64,000 nt of DNA from the human T2T-CHM13v2.0 reference genome, Homo sapiens, in NCBI RefSeq assembly GCF_009914755.1, contig NC_060937.1. One strand, 5' to 3'. Shown in pieces: positions 39,215 through 53,376 of the stretch. Each line of letters starts with the position of its first letter. Positions within the stretch are counted from its first letter, which is position 1. A program made the position numbers and the translations under genes. The notes below the pieces were generated by a model. That model did no database searches and was not told the DNA's origin. It saw nothing but the letters and a program-made list of their open reading frames with translations.

Positions 39215-42200
39215 TTAGGGAAATATTTTATGGGTGTGACTTCAAAAGCACAGGTAACAAAACAAAAAATAAATACATGGGAATATATCAAAGCAAAAAG
39301 CTTTATCACAGCAAAATAAACAATCAGTAAAGGGACAACCTACAAAATGGCAGAGAATATTTGCAAACTATTCATCTGCAAAGCGGTTAATATCCAGAAT
39401 ACATAGGGAATTCAAGCAACTCAACAGAAAAAGAAATCTATTAAAAGTTGGCAAGGGATCTTAGTAGACATTTCTCAAAAGAAGACATAAAAATGTGCAA
39501 AAGATATAATAAAAAATAACATCGGTAATCATCAGGCAGCTGCAAGTCAAAACCACAATCAGATATAATCTCACCCCAGTAAGAAACCCAGTAGAATGGC
39601 TACCATGAGAAAGACAAAAACTAAACCAAACCAATGCTGGTATTATGTAGAAAAAAGAGAGCTCTTATACACCGTTGGTGGAAATGTAAATTAGTACAAC
39701 CATTATACCAAACAGTATGGTGGTTTCCCAAAAACTAAATATAGAGCTATATGATCCAGCAATCTCACTACAGAATGTTTATCTAAAGGAAAGCAAATCA
39801 GTATATTGAAGAGATATCTGCTCCCCCATGATTATTGACATCAGAGAAGATGTGGCATCATTCTTTGTCCATCAACAGATTAATGCATAAAGAAAATGTC
39901 GTGTATATAGATAATGGAACATTACTCAGCCATGAAAATGAATAAAATCTGTCCTTCAGGGCAACACGGATAAGCCTAAAGGACATTATGCTAAATAGAA
40001 TAAATCAGGCACAGAAAGATAAATACTACATGTTCTCATTCATATGTGAGAGCTAAAAATTTTAAGCTCATTTAAGCTCATGGAAGTAAAGACTAGAAGT
40101 ATCGTTATTAAAGTTTGGGAAGGGTGGGTAGGATGGGAGAGTAGGGAAAGTTTGCTTAATGAATGCACAATAATTTTTTGTATATTTTCTAACGGCTAGA
40201 AGAGAAGATTTTGAACATTCCCAACATAAGGAAATGAGAAATGTTAGGGGTGACAAATATACTAATTATCATGAATTGACCACTACACATTGTACAGATG
40301 TATAAAAATGTCACTCTGACCCCCTAAATATGTACAATTATACATCAATTAAAAGTAAAAAAATAAAAATATACAGTAGTATCATTTTACAAATCTTACA
40401 CATTCTATGTAAGTTTAATGTTTTAGTTGGCTAGATTTTAACTAATAATTTTAAGTAGGCTTGTTATACTGCTAACAAGTAGAATTCTACTAACTAATAG
40501 AATTCTGTTCTAATTTATTCAGTTTTATCAGTAAGTACCGATGTTATAGCTTAGAAAGGGATTTTCTTTTTAAAAACTTGTAAGTAATGCAGTATGATTT
40601 ACTTCCATTTATTTAGTTTAATATTGGAGAGCAACTACTTATTGTCATCGGTAACAAACTGCAGATGTCCTGTTTGCACACATAATATCTCCAATTTGTA
40701 GATATAATACCTCTGAATTTAATTAACTTGAAGATTTGTACTAGGATCTTTGCTGATAGAGATTTCAAGATTATGCATTTAAAGTGTATATATTATTGTA
40801 TAAAGAAATATTCACATAAAATATGCTTAAGATCAAAATCTATTCAGAAGTCTAAAATAATATCATATTCACAAATATTTCACTATTATAATTGGTATGA
40901 ATAATGATAATAAATATTCAGCTTTGTAGTGTGTGTGTGTGCACACCTGTGCATATATATTTTCTAGTGTTTCTTTGTTAGGCTACAAGTTTAGGTTCTG
41001 TGATCAACTTAAACGTCAATGAGCATTTTAACGTAACTGACATCTTTCAGGAAATTATTCATTTTAGGGTGATAGGACTGATAATTTACCATAGATTTAA
41101 AGATTTTGGACATATAATTCTATATCCATTCCCTCAGAGTTAATAAAGTAAGACTAGGCCTTGACCACAAAGATGGGAGAAGCACTTAACCAGTAATAAC
41201 ATGATCTGATAATATTACTCATAAATTAAGAGTAATAAATGTTAGAAGAGTGCAGTACTTGATTGAGGTAATAAACTTAATTGGCATGCCTGTAGACTTA
41301 ATAGGAAAATATAGATGTTAACATTTTATCTGAATTTCTTCTTGTTTTTAGCACACTTAATTATATAAACAAAAGTCTTATTCATCTGAGAATTACGGGT
41401 AAAATATTGATTCTCAAATGAGAAAAAAATAGACAATTTGTTTTCCCATTTTAAAGTTGTCAAAACCTTTTGTCAGGCATTTGAAAGGACTAACTCTAAC
41501 CACCTATTAGAAAATCATGGAGAGTATAATATAAAGCTTGTTCCTGTAATGTAGAGTGTGTTTTATTGGGAGTTTGCCATATAAATTTTTAAAGAGATGC
41601 TGTGCATAAAGAAACAAGTTGTGTCCATCATTAGTGTGGTAACAGCTACAGACCAAGATAGCCAAATTCAGAAATGCTAAGTACCATATAATTAACCAAC
41701 CATGAAATAATTTGTCTGGTATCTTGAAAGTCTACTTTGCTGAAAAATGATAATGCCAATATTCAGTTTTAAAATGGGGAACCCGTTATTACATTTTAGC
41801 TCAAAGAAATTACATTTTCTGTGTCATCATAGAAGGCAACAGCCCACAGTTGAAGACAAAAATTTTAGAATTCTATAGAATTCCTGGTGTGTCTATAATC
41901 TAATAATATAAAATGAATATTTAAGAAAAATTTTTGAGGTATTGATAAAACATTTATGTTTATGCATGGGTGCATGTGTGTATACTCAAAAACTTTCTAG
42001 AAATTAGAGTACAAAAACTCAAAAAATAAATACCAAGTTTAGACATATAGAAAGCTATAGTTACTGTAAATTTACAAAATTTGCCCCTAATTCCTTTAAG
42101 GAAGTAAAAGGATATAGTATAGTTTTATGTTAAACAGAGTTTCTTGAATATTACATTATTGTATGATTATCATACACAACTAATTATTCTAGTCTGACAC

Positions 42201-43554
42201 AGTTTTATAAAATTTATTATTTTCAACATAGTTGATTTATTATATGTAATATTTAATTAAGTACTAATTTTGAACTCTGAGGCTTTTCTTTTAAATATGT
42301 TAGAAAGACTATGATTATTTGAATGTTTCCAAAAAAGTCATTAATGATGGAGAACATTTGGTGTAATTTATTTAAAAAAAGGATGGCCTTGGAAAGCTCC
42401 CATTCAGCAACAAACAAACAAAATATATTTAATTCATCTTTTGTTAACTATATTCTATGAAGACATTCATCCATTTGAGGGTTATATTACTTCCATAATC
42501 ACTAAAATTATCAAATTAAGTATGGCCAACTTCTCTGACTGCCTTTACCTTCATGTTTCCCTCGCCAGCTAATGTTGTTATCATATTATTTTATATATAA
42601 TTACATTTTATTTTATATATAATTACAATTTTGTGGTATTTTACTGTGCTTTTTATAATGGAACTTAAAATCATATAGTTTAATATTCTTATTTATTTTA
42701 CAATATTCAAATATGTGTTTTAAAATTTAAAATAGGCTCAAAAATTAATACATGAACACTCAAGTAATTAAAAACAGCAAAGAAAGCAAGGTTACCCAAA
42801 ATTCATATTATTATTGTAAACCAGGATTTATATGCATGCACCCACATGTGCTACATACACACCACATGCACACAATAAGGGTCGTGCCATACTTTAAAAT
42901 TGTTTAAATGTATGCTATTTATCTAATTATTCTATCATAAAATACTGTGTTATATGAAGAAATGTATGTATACCATATAATTTTAGTAAACATAATATTC
43001 CATTGTATAATTCTGTCATATTTTAGTCAATTTTGATTTTAATGAATAAGGATGCAATAATTGACTTGCAAATACATCTTACATACTTATATATTACCTC
43101 CAAAAGATGAAATTCTAAAAAGAAAATTGCTATTTACAATAATTTACTTATACATTCATCAGTGAGAAACTTGAATACCCAAGAGGCAAAACCTCTCACA
43201 GTCCCACATTCCTATCTTTATTATAAAATATATCATTTTATACTAAAGTTAAGATTTATGTATCTGTCTCCCTAGCTCAGCACTTAAGCTCGTTTAAGGC
43301 AGAGGTTTTAGGACCCTGTCTAATTCATTTTGTAGGAAGAGTTTCCTTATCTATAATTACCCTTCCTCGTATGGTTTCTGCACCCTCTTATTTAAATTGA
43401 ATATATGCCTTTCCTCCTGATTTTTCTGGAACTCCCAGCATACAACACATGTTCTTTGTAGAGTGTCAGCAATGATATGATAGAGGAACAGATGGCTAAG
43501 ATTAGGAATAAAGTTATCCCCTTTTCCTCTCAAACCTAGTTTAACAGGCAGGAG

Positions 43555-43642
43555 GTCTATGGCCATACCACCCTGAACGCGCCCAGTCTTTTCTGATCTT
43601 GGAAGCTAAGCAGGGCCGGGCCTGATTAGTACTTGGATGGGA
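43555..43642 (+). pseudogene. 5S rRNA retropseudogene, 3'-truncated (nt 1 to about 88 of about 120)
   Basis: 'gtctatggccataccaccctgaacgcgcccagtcttttctgatcttggaagctaagcagggccgggcctgattagtacttggatggga' matches mammalian 5S from its exact 5' end. No poly(A) or oligo-T terminator. Degenerate flanking repeat aacaggcaggag/aaaaggcaaaag. Confidence 0.95.
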
Positions 43643-43675
43643 AAAGGCAAAAGAAGTAGGGTTGAGGCATTTTCT

Positions 43676-43783
43676 TTTTTTTTTTTTTGAGACGGAGTCT
43701 CGCTCTGTCGCCCAGGCTGGAGTGCAGTGGAGCTGTCTTGGCTCACTGCAAGCTTCGCCTCCCGGGTTCACACCATTCTCTTG
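43676..43783 (-). mobile_element. Heavily 5'-truncated AluY (3' part of the right arm only)
   Basis: Perfect 17-bp TSD gggttgaggcattttct (43659-43675 / 43784-43800); 'gcaagcttcgcctcccgggttcacaccattctc'. Confidence 0.95.
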
Positions 43784-45838
43784 GGGTTGAGGCATTTTCT
43801 ATTGAATATTTTAAAATTATGAACTTTTCAGGTAGAGACTGAAAGTACTTCTAAATTACGGGTGTCTTTGTATTGAGATAGATCTATACTATTCAAAGAA
43901 ATTAACACAAGGAGTGGTCAGAATGTTATATAAACTTTTATCAAGGTGAAAACATAAAAGGCCTGCCCAGACTACTCTGCCAAGTAAAGAGAAGTCAAAT
44001 GCAGAAATCTAGATTCTACATTTGGTGAATTTTATTTATATTGTAAATACTGGGAATCTGTAAGGAGTCCCAATATTTTGTCAAAGAATTCCATCACAAT
44101 TCTCGAGGACAATTTTGGTCAAAAAGCGAAAGGATTTTGGGGAAGATTTTTAAAAATTAATACATTTTATTTTTTAGAGTAGTGTTAGGTTCACAGAGAA
44201 ATGGAGCAGAAAGCACAGAGTTCATCTATAACTGCCATCCTCACCACACACAAACACAACCTCCCCCACTATGGCATCCCACACCTCAGTGGTATAGTTT
44301 ATGTTTGTTTGTTTGTTTTATGTTTTGTTTTGTATTTTACAGTAAATGAAAATACATTGGCACATTATTATCTCCCAAAGTCCATAGCTTATATTTGGGT
44401 TCACTCTTGGTGTTGTACACACTATAGGTTTGAACAAATGTATAATAACATGTATCCACAACTGTAGCATCAATTAGAATAGTTCTACCACCCTAAAAAT
44501 CCTCTGTTCTCTGCCTGTTCATCCCTCCTTCCCCTCAACTCCTGACAACCACAAATTTTTTCCTGTCTTCATAGTTTTGCCTTTTTCAGAGTGTCATGTA
44601 GTTGGAATCATACAGTATGTAACCTCCTTATATTCGGGCTCCTTTCATTTGGTATTATGCAAAAAGTTTCTTCCCTGTCTTTTCCTGGCTTGATAACATG
44701 TTTTAGTGCTGAGTAACATAACATTTTCCAGATGCCTTACAGTTTATTTATCCATTCACCTACTAATGAACAAGTTATTGCTTCCAAGTTTGGGCAATTA
44801 GAAATAAAGCTGCTATAAACATTTGTGTGCAAGTTTTTGTGTGGATATATATTTTCAATTCATTTGGGTGAATACCAAGGAGAACAATTTCTGACTCATA
44901 TGGTAAGAGTATGTATAGTTCTGAAAAGAACTGCCCAAATGTCTTCCAAAGTGGCTGTACCATTTGCTGTCTACCAGGATGAATCAGTGTCCCTCTTGAA
45001 CCACATCCTTGACAACAATTAGTATTGTCAGTGTTCTGGATTTTGACTATTCTAACAGGTATGTAGTGGCATCTCATTATTGTTTTAATTTGAAATTTCT
45101 TAATGACATATGATAGTGAACATCATTTCATATGCATAATTGCCATCTGTATATCTTATTTGGAGAGGTGTCTGTTCATATCTTTTGTCCATTTGTTAAT
45201 TGGGTTGTTTACTTTCTTATTGTTAAGTTTTTAATAGTTCTTTATATATTTTAGATAATAGTCATTCATCAAATGTGTCTTTTGCCAATATTTTCTCTCA
45301 GCCTGCAGCATGTCTTCTTATTATCTTGGCATTACATTTCTCAAAGCAGAGGTTTTTAATTTTAATGAAGTCTGGCTTATCAACTATTTATTTCATGAAT
45401 CATGCCTTCAGTGTTGTATCCAAACCATAAGTCACTGGCAATCCCAAGATCATCTAGGTTTTCTTCCATTTTATGTTTTAGCATTTTGTAGTTTCGTATT
45501 TAAATCTATAATTCATTTTTAGTTATTTTTGTGATTGGTATAAAGTATGTATCTACATTTTTTTTGCATGTGAATGTTCAGTTGTTTCACCACAATTTGT
45601 TGAAAAGACTGTCTTTACTCCATTGTATTATCTGTGTTTTTTTTGTGAAAGATCAGTTGACTATATTTACATGGGTATACTTTTGGGATCTCTAGTTTAT
45701 TCCATTTATTTATTTGTCTATTCTTTTAGCTGTACCATATTACCATGATTACTGTCGTTATATAGAAAATCTTGAAGTCGGATAGTGTCAGTCTTCCAAA
45801 TTTGTTCTTCTCCTTCAATACAGAGTTGGTTATTCTGG

Positions 45839-45938
45839 ATCTTTTGTCTCTCCATATATACTTTAAAATCAGTTTGTCAATAAGCTGCATCTTTTGTCTC
45901 TCCATATATACTTTAAAATCAGTTTGTCAATAAGCTGC
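45839..45938. repeat. Perfect 50-bp tandem duplication
   Basis: atcttttgtctctccatatatactttaaaatcagtttgtcaataagctgc occurs at 45839-45888 and 45889-45938. Confidence 0.97.
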
Positions 45939-46290
45939 GGGACAGCTTGCTAAGATTTTAACTGGTATGGCATTAAATCTATAGATTAAGTTGGGAAGAA
46001 CTGACTTTTTGAGGATATTGGATCTTCTATCCATGAACATACAACTTACCCCATTTTATTTAGTTCTTTGATATCTATGACTTTTTAGTCTGTCTTATAC
46101 AGATATTGTATATATCTTGTTAGATGTATACCAGAGTATTTCATGCTTTAAATGCTAATGTAAATGTAATGTGTTTTTATTTTAAAAGTTCACTTGTTCA
46201 TTGCTGATATATAAAAAAGTGGTTGAGTTTTATATATTAACCTTTTATTCTGTAACTTGGCTGTAACTGCCTTTTAGTTCAGGCAGGATC

Positions 46291-46312
46291 GTGTGTGTCT
46301 GTGTGTGTGTTT

Positions 46313-46339
<27 letters not shown>
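46291..46339. repeat. Interrupted (TG)n microsatellite
   Basis: Read directly from the sequence. Confidence 0.9.
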
Positions 46340-46343
<4 letters not shown>

Positions 46344-47809
46344 ATGCTTTTTTCCAAATCTTTTGCATTTTCCTCAAAGATGATGATGTTATCTGTAACT
46401 AAAGTCTTATTTTTTCCTTTCCAATGTACAAACTTTTAGTTTCTTTTGCTTGACTTACTACATTAGCCAGGACTTCTACTATGATGTTGAAAGTAGTAAT
46501 GAGTGGGTGCATCATTGCCAGGCTCCTGAACTTACTGAAAAAGCTTTGAGTTTCTCACCACTAAGTATGATGTTGCCTGCATTTTGTGTATAGATATTTG
46601 CTATCAAGTAGAAGAAGTTTCCCTCTGTTCCTAGTTTACTGACAGTTTTTGTCATGAATGGGTGTTGGAATTTGTCAAATGTTTTGTTTCCATCTATTGA
46701 TATAATCATGTGATTTTTACTTTTTAGCCTGTTGATGTGGTGGATTACATTAATTGATTTTCAAATATTGAACCAGTCTTGCATGCCTGAGGTAAATTCC
46801 ATTTGGCTGTGGTGTACAATTCTTCTTATACACTGTTGGATTTGATTTGTTAATAATTTGTTGAGAATTTATGCATATATATAATTATGAGAAATGTTGG
46901 TATTTAGTTTTCTTTTCTTTCAAATAAAATCTTTGTCTGGTTTTGGTAATAGGGTAATACTGGCCTCATAGGAAATATGCCCTATTCGTCTATCAACTGC
47001 TAGAAGAGATTGCAGAGAATTTGTATAATTTCTTTCCTAAATATTTGGTAAAATTCACTGCTGAACCCATCTGGGCCTACTATTTCTTGTTTTGGAAGGT
47101 TATTACTTATTGATTATATTTTTAAGTAGATACAGGCATATACAAATTGTTGATTTCTCCTTGTGTTATTTTTGGAAGACTGTATCTTTTATGGAATTTG
47201 TCCATTTCATCTAGGTTATTAAATTTGTGAACCTAAAGTGGTGCCTAGTAGTCTTTTATAATACCTTTAATTTTCACAGGATCTATGGGAATATCATCTC
47301 TTTTATGTCTAATATTAGTAACTTGTGTTCTTTGTTTTTGTCAATTTTCAGGCTTATCAATTTTATTGATCTTTTCAAAGAAACAGATTTTCATTTTATT
47401 GATTTTCTCTACTGATTTCCTGACTTCAATTTTATCGTTTTCTGCTTCAATTTTATTATTTCTCTTCTTCTTCATATTTTAAATTTAATTTGTTCTTTTT
47501 TTCTAAATTTTTAAAAGGAGAAGCCTTTGATTATTGATTTCAGGTCTTTCTTGCTTTCTAATATATTCATTCAATGCTATAAATTTTTCTGTAATGCTGC
47601 TTTCACTGCATCCCCCAAATTTTTATAAGTTTCATAAATTTTGTTTCTATTTTTATGTAGTTCAAAATTTTAAAAATCTATCTTGATAGTTTTTCTTTGG
47701 CCCATCTATTTTGTAAATGTGTTATTTAATTTTCAACATTTTGGGCTTTTCCAGCTATCTTTCTGCTATTGATTTCTAATTTAATTCCATTGTTGTCTGA
47801 GAGCAGATA

Positions 47810-48430
47810 TTTTTCCATCCTTTGGTGCGACAAGATGGCTAAAGGGGAAAAAATTTGGGCATTTCCCTTTCCCCACATGGAAAGCTAGAGCTGGCTAGAT
47901 TTGGGCATTTCTCTTCCCAGGTAGGTCAGGCTGATAAAACCTAGTAGGTTAGCCTCTGGTAAAAATAGTTTCTCCTGCAGACCTTGTTAAAAAGAATAGA
48001 ATGCTGTAGTGTATTTCAAAATGATTCATTTTCCCTTCCTTCTCCAAGCAGTAAGAGGGGATTTTTTCCCTAATATTTACTGTGAACACCTGGTAGAACT
48101 ACTGGAAGTAAAACTCAGAAAATTGTCGGGACTCTCCTATGACTGTGATCCCCTGGAGTTTTTAACTCTCTAAATTATGATCCACCAATTACAGTTTAGG
48201 ATTCCTTATCCTAGCATTTGTTCCCATTGAAGTTTCTTCCTGGGTTTCTGCTCCAGCAAGTTATGATTCTCTGGATCTGTATGTCTGTCTCTCCAATTTG
48301 GGGCACAGCAATTTGCACTGTGTTCTCACTTCTCTGACAGCTCTCAGAAGAGTTGCTGATTTCTCAGGTTGTTGAGTTTTTATTTAGAGTAGCAACTTCT
48401 AAGCTCCTTACATGATAGACCTGAAAAATT
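47810..48430 (-). mobile_element. Ancient L1M (L1MCa/L1MDa-like) 5' end region
   Basis: 'cccctggagtttttaactctc', 'tctctccaatttggggcacagcaatttgc' and 'caacttctaagctccttacatg' resemble recalled L1MC/MD 5'-end consensus. Confidence 0.55.
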
Positions 48431-49352
48431 CAGAGTGGAAGTTTTTGATGAAAGATGACATGAAGATAGTAGAAGCTCTGTGGGATGGAGTGGTAAGAAA
48501 ACCATAAGTGCTGAGGATAGCCTGAGAATGTTATATAGATTTAACACAGTCCAGTCATTCTGTGTGTAACTATGTCACAGCTGAAGAGGTAAAATTTCAG
48601 ACAGTAGTTGGGAAAATTGGAGAGAACAGGCTCAGACATTCTATATCCTGCATATGAATGTTAAAGGGTCATCATGAGAGGCTCTCAGACAGCAATGTTT
48701 CTATTCAATTCTGAAATATCTGCAGTGATTTTTTTTTTCCAGATTGATTGTTTTGCTTTTTTGTAGCTTTTATAGAGAGCCTTTCAGTAGCACAATATCA
48801 GCCACTGAGCCTGCATCATCATGGCATTTCTCATATGCCAGAAAGTTTATATTGCCAGTGTCCATATTGATCCATTTTATCTGGTTTACCTTTATAGAGC
48901 ATTTCACATCTTTGTTGATAACACTAACTGAGTTGCTGCAGGATTGAAGGATTGTTCACAGTATATTGCAATAAAGATTGTAAAGTGTATTCAGAATGTA
49001 GCAAAATTGACAGGAAGTAGAGCTTATGATTCTGAATGCACTGACAATGGGCCCTTTAGATGATTATCTCAAATATACAGAGTATATTTAGTCTAAATCC
49101 AATCTGAAAATTTCTCAACTGCTGTCTGAGTCACACTGTATGGTGTAACATTTCAGAATGCATTCTCTAATAAAAGCATGCGGTAGTACCTTTTCTGTTG
49201 CTATGGTTAGTGAAATTTAAAATTTTCCCTATGGGCATTTTTCTCCTGCTTTACCAGGTAGTTTGTAGATTATTTTCTCCACTGGATTTCAAAATCTACA
49301 TTTGTCAGCTTTGTTCAACTACTATTTTCAAACAGATACTTCTAATATATAC

Positions 49353-49512
49353 TTTTTTGAAACAGAGTTTTTCTTTGTCACCCAGGCTGTAGTGCAATGG
49401 CACAATCTCAACTCACTGCAACTCCCGCCTCCCGGGTTCAAGCAATTCTTGTGCCTCAGTCTCCCAAATAGCTGGAATTACAAGTGTGTGCCACCATCAA
49501 TTTTGATTTTTA
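49353..49512 (-). mobile_element. Alu right-arm fragment
   Basis: Reads 'tgtcacccaggctgtagtgcaatggcacaatctc...gcctcccgggttcaagcaattct'. Confidence 0.9.
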
Positions 49513-49622
49513 ATAATCAAATTCTCTCTCTCTCTCTGTATTAAAACCTATACTACTACTGACTACTACTCTTCAGTCATACTATTCTATTATTCACAGC
49601 TGGTTATAGGTATATATATATA

Positions 49623-49885
49623 TTTTTAGACAAGACTCATTCTGTCACCCAGGCTCGAGGGCAGTGGCATAATCATGGCTTACTGCTGCCTTGACCTCCT
49701 AGGCTCAAGAAATCCGCTCACCTCAGCCTCTCGAATAGCTGGGACTACAGGCATGTGCCACCATGTCTGGCTAATTTTCTGCATTTTTTTTTGTAGAGTT
49801 GGTGGATGTGGAACTGGGCTCAAGCAATCCACCTAACTCGGCCTCAACATACTGAGATCACAGGCAAAAGACACCAGCCCCGGCC
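49623..49885 (-). mobile_element. AluJ-like element with an internal deletion in the left arm
   Basis: Reads 'cagtggcataatcatggcttactgctgccttgacctcctaggctcaag' ... 'cccggcc'. Confidence 0.85.
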
Positions 49886-50636
49886 AGTGTATCCCATTTT
49901 TAAATATAGTTACATTAATATCAGAAATTTCCACATATAAAGTAGAGTCAAATAAATCCAGAGCCTGTTTTTCTCTAGAGGACAGAGATTTTCAAATCTT
50001 TCAGCTACTCATTTTGGGATATCCAACCGTATTGTTAAATAGCATGCTTATAATTATGTTAATAATTTTTTTTCCATTTTAGATAAATCTTTTCTTTGTG
50101 GAAACGAAATGGTTTTCTTTTACTTTCATTGCTTATACCACTCCACCACTGGCACACATGTTTTCTGTTCTCTTATCCTTACAATATAGTTATTTATTAA
50201 TTTTGGTTAGATTAAAATTAGAATTCATGACAATGCAAACATAATTTACATATTGTATATCAAAAGTATGCTTTTTTCTTGCACTCCTGTTTTCTCTGAA
50301 ATTAGTATTCTGTTTGTGCGCTTTCTTTGTCTTCTGTGTATTTAACACTTATTTAACTCCAAATACTATACCTCATACTTCATCTCTTCCATTTTCTTTC
50401 TTCTCTCTTCCTAAAAGTATTATTTACATAGTATTCCTCTGGACTGGTCCTAAAACTGTCTTTTCATTTTCATTATCCGTTTGTTTTTTTTTTTTTTTTA
50501 TTCCAGGATACTTTCTCAGCATTCTCTTTTATCACTTCCATGTACTTTATCTAATTTCCAATTTCGTTTCCAGTTTTAAAGAAGAGCTCTTTTTTGTGAT
50601 CACCAATTTTTTTTATTTTAATTTCCTGCATTAGTA

Positions 50637-53376
<2,740 letters not shown>

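Larger units (their letters stand above)
44150..47808 (-). mobile_element. L1MC1/2-like LINE-1 (3' UTR and ORF2)
   Basis: 'cccaaagtccatagcttatatttgggttcactcttggtgttgtacac' is an L1MC 3' UTR. ORFs 44775-45077 and 46512-46709 are ORF2-like. Confidence 0.9.

Noticed and set aside
40478-40491. 14-bp palindrome agtagaattctact
   Set aside because: It is isolated and plausible by chance in 64 kb of AT-rich sequence.
42586-42627. Short tandem duplications (22-bp period here; also 58984-59025, about 40060-40080 and about 13998-14020)
   Set aside because: These are ordinary slippage duplications in AT-rich DNA.
43555-43642. Functional 5S rRNA gene
   Set aside because: It lacks about 30 nt at the 3' end, has several substitutions and is not in a tandem 5S unit.
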